From the IMG/VR virus record IMGVR_UViG_3300046517_001084: a DNA stretch of 23,646 bases. One strand, written 5' to 3'. Shown here piece by piece: positions 17,246 to 23,607 of the stretch (positions are counted from its first letter, which is position 1; every line of letters starts with the position of its first letter). The position numbers were made by a program, and so were the translations under genes. Under the pieces are notes generated by a model. That model was not told the DNA's origin and made no database searches. It saw only the letters and a program-made list of their open reading frames with translations. The stretch is from an uncultured virus (IMG/VR IMGVR_UViG_3300046517_001084) (lineage: Duplodnaviria > Heunggongvirae > Uroviricota > Caudoviricetes).

Positions 17246-17530
17246 TTACTCCTTTGAGGTGGGGGGTTCCACGTGAGACGTATCGTCCAGTTCTGGAGAC
17301 GTTTTGGGTGCGAAAAGGACCAGCAGGGCGACACCGAGAGCCTCCACTAGGGAGTGCGCGGCTTCTACGTCCGCTGTCTGCTGCTTGCCTTTGGCGAGTT
17401 TCTCGATGAGTCCACGTCCGCAGCCGCTGGCTTCCGCGAGGCTGTCGTAGCCATACGGGACGCCGCGACCAGGGTTTTTCATGACGTACTGGAACGCTTG
17501 GGCGCTGCGGAGCGTATATCTGCGGCTCAA
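17246..17530 (-). CDS. Cro-like XRE HTH protein
   Basis: YDSLAEASGCGRGLIEKLAKG...AHSLVEALGV; divergent from the repressor; TTG start at 17530 has a GGAG RBS (longer start 17578 possible). Confidence 0.8.
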   Translation of the reverse strand: MSRRYTLRSAQAFQYVMKNPGRGVPYGYDSLAEASGCGRGLIEKLAKGKQQTADVEAAHSLVEALGVALLVLFAPKTSPELDDTSHVEPPTSKE

Positions 17531-17580
17531 CGGTTCTCCCGGTAGTGCGGGGCTGCCTTGATGAGACGAGTGAAGCACAG

Positions 17581-17598
17581 TGGAGACGAATCGTCTAC
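17581..17598. promoter_or_regulatory. Putative repressor/Cro operator 1
   Basis: Near-palindrome TGGAGACG-AAT-CGTCTAC; inverted 17/18 copy at 17658. Confidence 0.75.
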
Positions 17599-17657
17599 AG
17601 ATCTGGACGGCCGACCGTTAGAAATCAGCAAAGATCTTGGCGCGATAGCATTGATCC

Positions 17658-17675
17658 GTAGACGATCCGTCTCCA
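17658..17675. promoter_or_regulatory. Putative repressor/Cro operator 2
   Basis: GTAGACG-ATC-CGTCTCCA. Confidence 0.75.
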
Positions 17676-17772
17676 GGAGGGGAAGGTTGTACTCACTGGC
17701 CTGCTATTTTTCCGGCGCCAGCCCCCACACCTAGAGACAGTCGGTGCGAACGTGACACGAGAGGACCAGGAG

Positions 17773-18210
17773 ATGACCGCCCCGGCCACAGCCTCGGAGT
17801 CCGGCACGACCCAGGGGCCCACCCCCGCCGGAGCGCTCTCCCAGCTCATCCAGGAAGCGCTCGACAAAGGCGACTCCTACCAGCGGCTCGCCGACCGCGC
17901 CCTCGACACCAAAACGGGCGAGACAGTCTCCAAGCCCTACCTCCAACGAGTCGTCAAGAACCCGCCCGTCAACCCGCCCACGGTGCCGATGATGCACGCC
18001 ATCGCCGCCGCCCTCGGCAAGCCCTTCCCTCGCATCCAGGAAGCCGTCGCCAAGCAGTGGCTGCTGTACGAGGCGACCGAGCTGAGCGGCTACGACGAGG
18101 ACACCCGGATCATCGTCGCCCACCTCGCCGGCCAGTCGCCCGCCGACAAGCGCCGGTGGCGCCGGATGATAGAGGCCGACGAACAGGCACGGCGCGAGAT
18201 CGACGACTAG
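17773..18210 (+). CDS. XRE-type immunity repressor
   Basis: LSQLIQEAL...SYQRLADRA...VSKPYLQRVV...P....MHAIAAALG; divergent from cro, co-oriented with integrase. Confidence 0.8.
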   Translation: MTAPATASESGTTQGPTPAGALSQLIQEALDKGDSYQRLADRALDTKTGETVSKPYLQRVVKNPPVNPPTVPMMHAIAAALGKPFPRIQEAVAKQWLLYEATELSGYDEDTRIIVAHLAGQSPADKRRWRRMIEADEQARREIDD

Positions 18211-18364
18211 CACCGCAGTCACCGAAACGCCGTCAACTGGTCGCGTATGTCCGCAAGTAGACTTTCACGGAACTGATTGTCGGCAGCTCTCTGTAGACGT
18301 AGCCTTCACCAACCGTGCACTTCCGGCCGATCTGGCTCAAGTGCATCGTTGGTGGGAGGGTTCC

Positions 18365-18808
18365 ATGCTGCATGTCACCTACAGAGCCGTCGACGACCTT
18401 GAGCCCGGCAGACTCGCCCGAATAGACGAGGCCCGCGGGACGATCAGGATCCGCCTCGACAGGCGCGAACCACTCAAGGATGTAGTCCGGCAACTCAACA
18501 CCGAGATCGACGACCTCATGGCTCTCGCGCGCTGGTTCCAGCTGTGGGATGACGAGATCGTCGGCCGCGACACGCCGGGGTCGCCCCTGCGCGTCGCATA
18601 CCTGCTCCACCTGGAACAGCCGAACGGCGCCATCATCGAGGAGAACAAGGGCCTCGTGAGCGTCCACATCGACCCCACCCTGAGCGTTGAACAGTTCGCC
18701 GCCGCCATGAACCCCGCCTCGGAGCTGTTCCTCGCCGGCGGCCGGTGGTTCCAGCTGTACGCCGGCGAGATCATCGATATCGGTATGGGGTCCGGGGTCG
18801 CAGCCTGA
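18365..18808 (+). CDS. Hypothetical protein made of two similar ~70-aa domains
   Basis: GGAGGG RBS; halves end in ARWFQLWDDEIV and GRWFQLYAGEII. Confidence 0.8.
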   Translation: MLHVTYRAVDDLEPGRLARIDEARGTIRIRLDRREPLKDVVRQLNTEIDDLMALARWFQLWDDEIVGRDTPGSPLRVAYLLHLEQPNGAIIEENKGLVSVHIDPTLSVEQFAAAMNPASELFLAGGRWFQLYAGEIIDIGMGSGVAA

Positions 18809-18822
18809 GTCAAGGGGGACCT

Positions 18823-20118
18823 GTGCCTGGCTACATCGAGGACCGCTGGTACAAGGCGGGTCCGCCCGACCCGGACGACCCGAAGAAGAGACCGACGCGC
18901 ATCCCGACAGACCTCTACAAGAAGTGCAAGCAGTACCGGGTCTGCGGGATCCCGGGGGTCCGCAAGCGGTCCTTCGACCGCAAGACCGACGCCGTGACGT
19001 GGATGACGAAGGTTCAAGGGGACCTGCTCCGCGGCGAGTTCGTAGACCATCGCGACGGCGTGATCACCCTGAGCGAGTATGTCGCCAAGGAGTACTGGCC
19101 CACAAAGACGGGCGACCCCGGGTCTCTCCAGACGATCGAGACGTGCATCAACGTCCGCATCCTCCCCTACCTCGGAGCGCAACGCCTTAACGCCATCAAG
19201 GTCCCGCAACTGCGTAAGTACCTCGCCGACCTGGACGGGCAGTACGCGCCCGCCACAATCATCGATGCATGGAGCTGGCTCTCGTCGATCCTGCAAGCCG
19301 CAGTGGACGACGAGCGCATCCCCCGCAATCCGTGCTTGGCCAAGACGATCCGGCCGCCGGCCCTCCCGGAGCGTAAGGCGCGGGCCTGGGCTCGGAGCCA
19401 GGTCATGGCGGTACGCGCTGGACTCGACGAACACCTGAAGGTGACGGTCGATCTCGGTGTGGGTGCCGGCCTGCGGCAGGGCGAAGTACTCGGCCTGTCC
19501 ATCGATGACATCGCCGAGGAAGTTATCCACGTTCGCCGCCAGGTCCGCATCGTGAGGAACCGGCAGGTGTTCTCCTTGCCCAAGGGAGGGAAGACGCGGA
19601 CGGTTCCGCTGCCCACCCATCTGGCCGAGCGCATCAAGGAGCACGTCAGGCGGTTTCCGCCCGTCGAGGTCACGCTCCCGTGGACCAATCCGGCGCCGCC
19701 GGAGAACGACAAGCAGGCCGCCGAGCGGGCCCCCCAGACGCACCGATTGCTCGTAACGGGCGAGAAGCGCCAGGGCGCGCTGCGCCGGAGCGTGTTCGGC
19801 AGCGGGCCGTGGAAGCGGGCGCTGGTGGCGGCGGGGGTGATCCAACCGCCGCCGAAGCGGACGCGCACGCCTGAGGAGAAGGCGCGTGGGTACCGGCCGA
19901 ACACGAAGCATGCCGCCGCCCGGGACGACGGCTTCCATGCCCTGCGGCACACGTTTGCTTCGGTTCAGCTGGATGCGCGGGAGTCGGTGGTGGCGGTCTC
20001 GAAGTGGCTGGGCCACTCGGATCCGTCGATCACGCTCAGGATCTATGCGCACATGATGCCGGAAGCGGACGGCCGCGGGCGGGCCGCGATGGACGCGTGG
20101 TTCGCAGGCGATTCGTAA
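18823..20118 (+). CDS. int: Tyrosine integrase
   Basis: GLRQGEV (R), PKGGK (K), HALRH, WLGH, TLRIYAH (Y); GTG start with AAGGGGG RBS. Confidence 0.96.
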   Translation: MPGYIEDRWYKAGPPDPDDPKKRPTRIPTDLYKKCKQYRVCGIPGVRKRSFDRKTDAVTWMTKVQGDLLRGEFVDHRDGVITLSEYVAKEYWPTKTGDPGSLQTIETCINVRILPYLGAQRLNAIKVPQLRKYLADLDGQYAPATIIDAWSWLSSILQAAVDDERIPRNPCLAKTIRPPALPERKARAWARSQVMAVRAGLDEHLKVTVDLGVGAGLRQGEVLGLSIDDIAEEVIHVRRQVRIVRNRQVFSLPKGGKTRTVPLPTHLAERIKEHVRRFPPVEVTLPWTNPAPPENDKQAAERAPQTHRLLVTGEKRQGALRRSVFGSGPWKRALVAAGVIQPPPKRTRTPEEKARGYRPNTKHAAARDDGFHALRHTFASVQLDARESVVAVSKWLGHSDPSITLRIYAHMMPEADGRGRAAMDAWFAGDS

Positions 20119-20120
20119 AC

Positions 20121-20392
20121 GATCTCCCTGGCTGCTCCCTGACGGTTAGACTCTGCGGCGAGGGAATAGCTCGGTAGCAGGTGGGACGGCCCGAATCTGG
20201 GTACAGCCTGCACACCGTCTTCCTGTGGACCGTGCGGCTACGGCACCTGCTGAGATGCCGACCAGCCTCGCCATCATGCCCCTGAAGTGCAGAGATGAAG
20301 CGAGACGAAGAGAGACGAGTGGAGACGGGTGGATAGATCCAGTGCCCCCTGAGTACTCCCTGAAGGCCTGGCGCACCCTGAGTCCCCCCTGA
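20121..20392 (+). other. attP-like site: seven 11-bp arm-type direct repeats and four 10-bp repeats around a central core region
   Basis: GATCTCCCTGG/CTGCTCCCTGA (20121-20142), CATGCCCCTGA (20275), GTGCCCCCTGA/GTACTCCCTGA (20342-20363), GCGCACCCTGA/GTCCCCCCTGA (20371-20392). Confidence 0.8.
20291..20330 (+). repeat. Four 10-bp tandem repeats (putative Xis/RDF sites)
   Basis: AGAGATGAAG CGAGACGAAG AGAGACGAGT GGAGACGGGT. Confidence 0.75.
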
Positions 20393-20439
20393 GAATGGCC
20401 GCCGGAAGGGGCGCCTCACCTGCTGGAACGCCTCACGCT

Positions 20440-20685
20440 TCAGGCTACTCCGCGCCCTCGTGAATGAGGTCCCGGCTGGTACTCGGTTCCGGTGCGCGCA
20501 GACTCCTCGCGCCTTATGTCCTCCATGGCGATGACGCACTCCTTGCAGGCGCGGACTTCGTGGTCGCCGTCGGAGCGCGGATGGATGACCCCGACGACCG
20601 CGGTGGGTACGGCGCCCCGGGAGGGGTGCCTGAAGCAGGTCCCGTCTGCCCAGTCGTAGAGGTCGAGGATCTCCTGGCGGTCCAT
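20440..20685 (-). CDS. Small putative Zn-binding protein (MDRQEILDLYDW...)
   Basis: GGAGAG RBS; CFRH...CKEC. Confidence 0.75.
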   Translation of the reverse strand: MDRQEILDLYDWADGTCFRHPSRGAVPTAVVGVIHPRSDGDHEVRACKECVIAMEDIRREESARTGTEYQPGPHSRGRGVA

Positions 20686-20789
20686 GCTCTCTCCCGTGCT
20701 CTGTGCTGGCTGGGCAGTGCGGGGGGCTGTTCCCTGGTTCCCGCTGTTGTCAACGGGATGCAAAGTCCCGGGGTTGTTCACACGATCGA

Positions 20790-20805
20790 GTGAACAACCG
20801 TTCGA
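20790..20805. promoter_or_regulatory. Putative LexA (SOS) box
   Basis: GTGAAC-AACC-GTTCGA versus the actinobacterial consensus TCGAAC-N4-GTTCGA; just downstream of a minus-strand TACTGT -10. Confidence 0.6.
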
Positions 20806-20968
20806 TTTGAGGACAGTATCGGGAGCCCTGTGGCATATGCCAGAGCGCCTCAGGGCTGTCCGGATCCGCGCCACTCGGAAGAGGGTGAACGTCGGACGCT
20901 GCTCAAGATCGAAAAAAGCATGCCCCCATAGGCTGACTCAAGATCGTTAAGGCATAACCGTTTGCTGA

Positions 20969-21202
20969 GTGCCACGCGAACCCGACCCCGACTGGATCCT
21001 TCAGAGACGCCAAGCGGTCGGGAACCGCGTCCGAGCCCACCGCGAGGACGCCGGCCTAACGCAGGAACGCCTCCGCGACCTGACCGGCGTCGAGCGCCTC
21101 ACGATCCAACGCATCGAATCCGGAGCTACCGACGCCCGACTGAGCTGGCTGTTGCGCATCGCTGACGCTCTTTGCATCCACGTGCGTGACCTCCTCGGCT
21201 AG
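20969..21202 (+). CDS. XRE-family HTH regulator
   Basis: VGNRVRAHREDAGLTQERLRDLTGVERLTIQRIESG...LLRIADAL. Confidence 0.9.
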   Translation: MPREPDPDWILQRRQAVGNRVRAHREDAGLTQERLRDLTGVERLTIQRIESGATDARLSWLLRIADALCIHVRDLLG

Positions 21203-21440
21203 GCGGCCGCGCTGGGGGCTGGGCCGGAGTTACGTGATTGAACCAATCACTTCCGCCAAGCGGAAGTGATTTGCGTGCCTGTGCAACCGTCGGACGCTCA
21301 GGCGCTTCAGCAGCGAGTGCCCTTACATCGGACACCCAACCCTGCCTCGCATATGCCAGCAGGGGAAGGGTGCGTGCGTGACCATTGCACAATGCGTCGG
21401 TGTACTCCGCACGCACGGGGTGTGCGATGGTGACGAAACG

Positions 21441-21614
21441 TCAATCCTTGGCCTGAGCTGCGGCCTTCGCGGTCGGCTGCCGGTTGGGCCACCGGTCCCG
21501 AGTGTGCCAGTTGTAGTGGTCGCCGCCGTGCCCCGGCTGCTCGAAGCAGCGCACTCCGCGGAGTCCGGGCTGCTTGGCCCAGCAGTGGCCGGGCATCCGG
21601 TGCTCGTCGTTCAC
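21441..21614 (-). CDS. 57-aa protein with C-x11-C-x5-H-x3-H motif (not in ORF track)
   Basis: VNDEHRMPGHCWAKQPGLRGVRCFEQPGHGGDHYNW...; GTGA overlap with the upstream gene. Confidence 0.6.
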   Translation of the reverse strand: MNDEHRMPGHCWAKQPGLRGVRCFEQPGHGGDHYNWHTRDRWPNRQPTAKAAAQAKD

Positions 21615-21832
21615 GCCCACGGGGACACCACCACCGTGGTCGGCTGGTCGGTCACGTAGTACAGGGGCTTGATGCCGCGGTCCGACGCGCAGGCCGCGTG
21701 GGCGAACACAGGCCTCGGTGTCCCGCTCGCCATACCAGCCAGCCGAATGCAGCAGTCGGCGCCCATCTTGTCGCAGTAGGTGCAGCTGTGCAGCTCTTCG
21801 CGGGCGGGTGTGGTTTCCCTAGAATCTGTCAT
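21611..21832 (-). CDS. Small putative Zn-finger protein
   Basis: CTYC...HAAC; AGGGGG RBS; divergent from GntR. Confidence 0.7.
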   Translation of the reverse strand: MTDSRETTPAREELHSCTYCDKMGADCCIRLAGMASGTPRPVFAHAACASDRGIKPLYYVTDQPTTVVVSPWA

Positions 21833-21910
21833 GGCGGTGCCCCCTACGGCGTCGTCCACGCCCCGGGCCGTTCACGCGGTCGCGGGGCTTACTCTGTTCA
21901 GGCCAGATTA

Positions 21911-21974
21911 GCGCGATAGGTGCGATAGGCGAGATAGACGTACACATCTCGCCCAGTACGCCTACCCCGCCTAG
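21911..21974. promoter_or_regulatory. Array of 9-bp repeats, putative GntR operator
   Basis: GCGCGATAG GTGCGATAG GCGAGATAG, then inverted degenerate copies up to the TAGCGT -10. Confidence 0.6.
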
Positions 21975-21984
21975 CGTCGCAATC

Positions 21985-22227
21985 ATGGATTGGCAGCCAG
22001 AAATCCCCAGGTGGCGGCAGGTGTACGCCCTGCTGGAGCAGCGCATCTACGACGGGATCTACCCGCCGGGTGAGCGGCTCCCGTCGGCCCTCGCCTTGGA
22101 GAAGGAAGTCGGCATCAGTCCGGTGACGGCGCGGCGGGTGCTGAAAGAACTGCGGGACGCCGGCCTCGCGTACATGGAGCCGGGCATCGGCACGTTCGTG
22201 TCACGTCTGCCGGAGAAACCGAAGTGA
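21985..22227 (+). CDS. GntR-family winged-helix regulator (DNA-binding domain only)
   Basis: WRQVYALLEQRIYDGIYPPGERLPS...L....GIS..TARRVL.EL...GL.....GIGTFV; TAGCGT 7 nt before ATG suggests a leaderless transcript. Confidence 0.92.
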   Translation: MDWQPEIPRWRQVYALLEQRIYDGIYPPGERLPSALALEKEVGISPVTARRVLKELRDAGLAYMEPGIGTFVSRLPEKPK

Positions 22228-22242
22228 TCGGCGCCATGCCCA

Positions 22243-22265
22243 TTGTCAGTGCCCGGCAGTAGCCT
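22243..22265 (+). promoter_or_regulatory. RecA-NDp/PafBC-type DNA-damage promoter
   Basis: TTGTCAGTG-8nt-TAGCCT, 6 nt before ATG 22272. Confidence 0.75.
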
Positions 22266-22271
22266 TGATCC

Positions 22272-22451
22272 ATGCCCCCAACCCCTGCCGACCCCGGTTC
22301 GGCACGCCCCGCGTCGGTGATCAATGAGGAGATCCGGGCGCTGGTTGAGGCGGGCGGCCTCGGGTCGGACGCGTATTTGCGGCTGCTGGTGGAGTGGGAG
22401 GCCGCGGTGCGCGCCCAGGGTGTGCGGGGCGATGTCAGACCCGCCGCTTAA
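22272..22451 (+). CDS. 59-aa hypothetical protein (MPPTPADPGSARPASVINEEIRALV...), not in ORF track
   Basis: Open frame starting at a leaderless position after the promoter motif; amphipathic helices. Confidence 0.7.
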   Translation: MPPTPADPGSARPASVINEEIRALVEAGGLGSDAYLRLLVEWEAAVRAQGVRGDVRPAA

Positions 22452-22454
22452 GAT
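22433..22454 (+). promoter_or_regulatory. Second RecA-NDp-like promoter
   Basis: TGTCAGAC-8nt-TAAGAT, 8 nt before GTG 22463. Confidence 0.55.
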
Positions 22455-22462
22455 CCCGGCTC

Positions 22463-22696
22463 GTGGCGATCAAACTCTCTGACGAATTGATTGAGCTGGA
22501 ACGCAGAGCTGTGGCGGCAGCCGAGGCAGCCCGCGGGGTGCCGTATTCGACGGAGGCGTGGCGGCCGTGGCTGGACGCCGCGGAGGCGGTACAGGCTGCG
22601 GTGACGGCGCACGCTGCGGCGACCGGGCAGAACCGGTTCGAGGTGGAGGCCGAGCTGAAGCGCATCGTCCGGCACCCTGAGCCAGAGGACGGCTGA
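22463..22696 (+). CDS. Small helical hypothetical protein (VAIKLSDELIELERRA...)
   Basis: C-terminal part of ORF 22394..22696; start placed by the promoter motif. Confidence 0.72.
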   Translation: MAIKLSDELIELERRAVAAAEAARGVPYSTEAWRPWLDAAEAVQAAVTAHAAATGQNRFEVEAELKRIVRHPEPEDG

Positions 22697-22697
22697 G

Positions 22698-22880
22698 CTA
22701 CAGCGCGGACTGGAACGCGGACGCGGACGGCACGTTGCCTGCGGTCGCGGTGACGCGGTCGAGCGCGGCCGGGACGTGGCCGGCGTGCTGGGCTGCGGCC
22801 CGTTCGGTGAGCGTCGGGCGGCGGCCGGTCGCGGCCGGGACGGTAGTGCGGGCCGCGGCGGAGACGAGCATCGTGGTCAT
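22698..22880 (-). CDS. FxSxx-COOH-type RiPP precursor-like peptide
   Basis: 60 aa ending ...PAALDRVTATAGNVPSASAFQSAL-stop; CACAAT -10-like hexamer 5 nt before ATG. Confidence 0.72.
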   Translation of the reverse strand: MTTMLVSAAARTTVPAATGRRPTLTERAAAQHAGHVPAALDRVTATAGNVPSASAFQSAL

Positions 22881-22978
22881 GGCTCATTGTGCACCGGCAG
22901 CACCCCGCCGCGAGCGCTGTCCCGCGACGGGGCTACCGGCAGCAATCCCCGGCTGTGTAGATGCCGTTGATGCGATCC

Positions 22979-23001
22979 ACGATACGGGCGGGCACTGACA
23001 A
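22979..23001 (-). promoter_or_regulatory. Third RecA-NDp/PafBC-type promoter, facing the FxSxx gene
   Basis: Minus strand TTGTCAGTG-CCCGCCCG-TATCGT. Confidence 0.72.
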
Positions 23002-23012
23002 CAGCGGGTCGC

Positions 23013-23426
23013 TCAGCACTCCCACCAGGGTTTGCTGGAGGCGGCGCACACGGCGTTCCTCGCCGCGCCCTGGGTGTCCAGGTCGAGGATGGTTTGCGCC
23101 TTTGCCCGCATCTCGGGGGTGAAGCAGTTCGGGTTTTGGAGTACGAGGTTCATCGCGGTCCGCTGCGAGCTGGCGCTGTCGGCGGCCCCCGCTTGGGCTT
23201 GCTTCATCATGTCGTCGCCGGTCTGGATGATGGCCGCGCAGTCTGTCGCCTGGGCCGGAGCCTGCTTCGCCTCGGGTGCGGTGGCGCGGCCTGCCCAGAA
23301 GGCGATACCGAGGGCGGCTGCCGCGACCATGACGAGCCCAATGGCCATATGGCGGCGGGCACGTCGGTGGGGGTCGTTGTCCGTGGTGTGGTCGTCGGCT
23401 TCGGGCTCATCGGCGCTGTCCGTCAT
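23013..23426 (-). CDS. Single-pass membrane protein with a small Cys-containing outer domain
   Basis: GAGGGGG RBS; RRARRH then MAIGLVMVAAAALGIAFWAG; four Cys. Confidence 0.75.
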   Translation of the reverse strand: MTDSADEPEADDHTTDNDPHRRARRHMAIGLVMVAAAALGIAFWAGRATAPEAKQAPAQATDCAAIIQTGDDMMKQAQAGAADSASSQRTAMNLVLQNPNCFTPEMRAKAQTILDLDTQGAARNAVCAASSKPWWEC

Positions 23427-23466
23427 GGTCCCCCCTCGGGATGTGGAGCAGCAGGATACGGGCGGG

Positions 23467-23607
23467 TCAGTCGGCCTGCTTGGTGTCGGTCGGCTTGGTC
23501 TTCCGGGCGGGGACGAAGCGGTTGACGCGGTAGACGTGAGCGGCCCATCCGTCGGCTACGACCTTCTCGTGCTCTTCGAGCGTCTTGGCGCCGCATTTGC
23601 AGTTCAT
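23467..23607 (-). CDS. 46-aa hypothetical protein MNCKCGAKTLEEHEKVVADGWAAHVYRV...
   Basis: GGAGG RBS upstream of ATG; GC-rich third positions. Confidence 0.6.
   Translation of the reverse strand: MNCKCGAKTLEEHEKVVADGWAAHVYRVNRFVPARKTKPTDTKQAD

Noticed and set aside
18379..20052. 557-aa minus-strand ORF and other long antisense ORFs (e.g. 9748..10935, 12602..13846, 3093..4151)
   Set aside because: Shadow frames opposite genuine genes in GC-rich DNA; no recognisable motifs.
20157..20272. tRNA, tmRNA, SRP or 5S rRNA identity for the hairpin
   Set aside because: No T-loop/CCA, no SRP GGAA-GCAGC helix and no 5S similarity recognised.
20291..20392. Repeats considered as a CRISPR array
   Set aside because: Units are 10-11 bp with no unique spacers and no cas genes; they fit att-site architecture.
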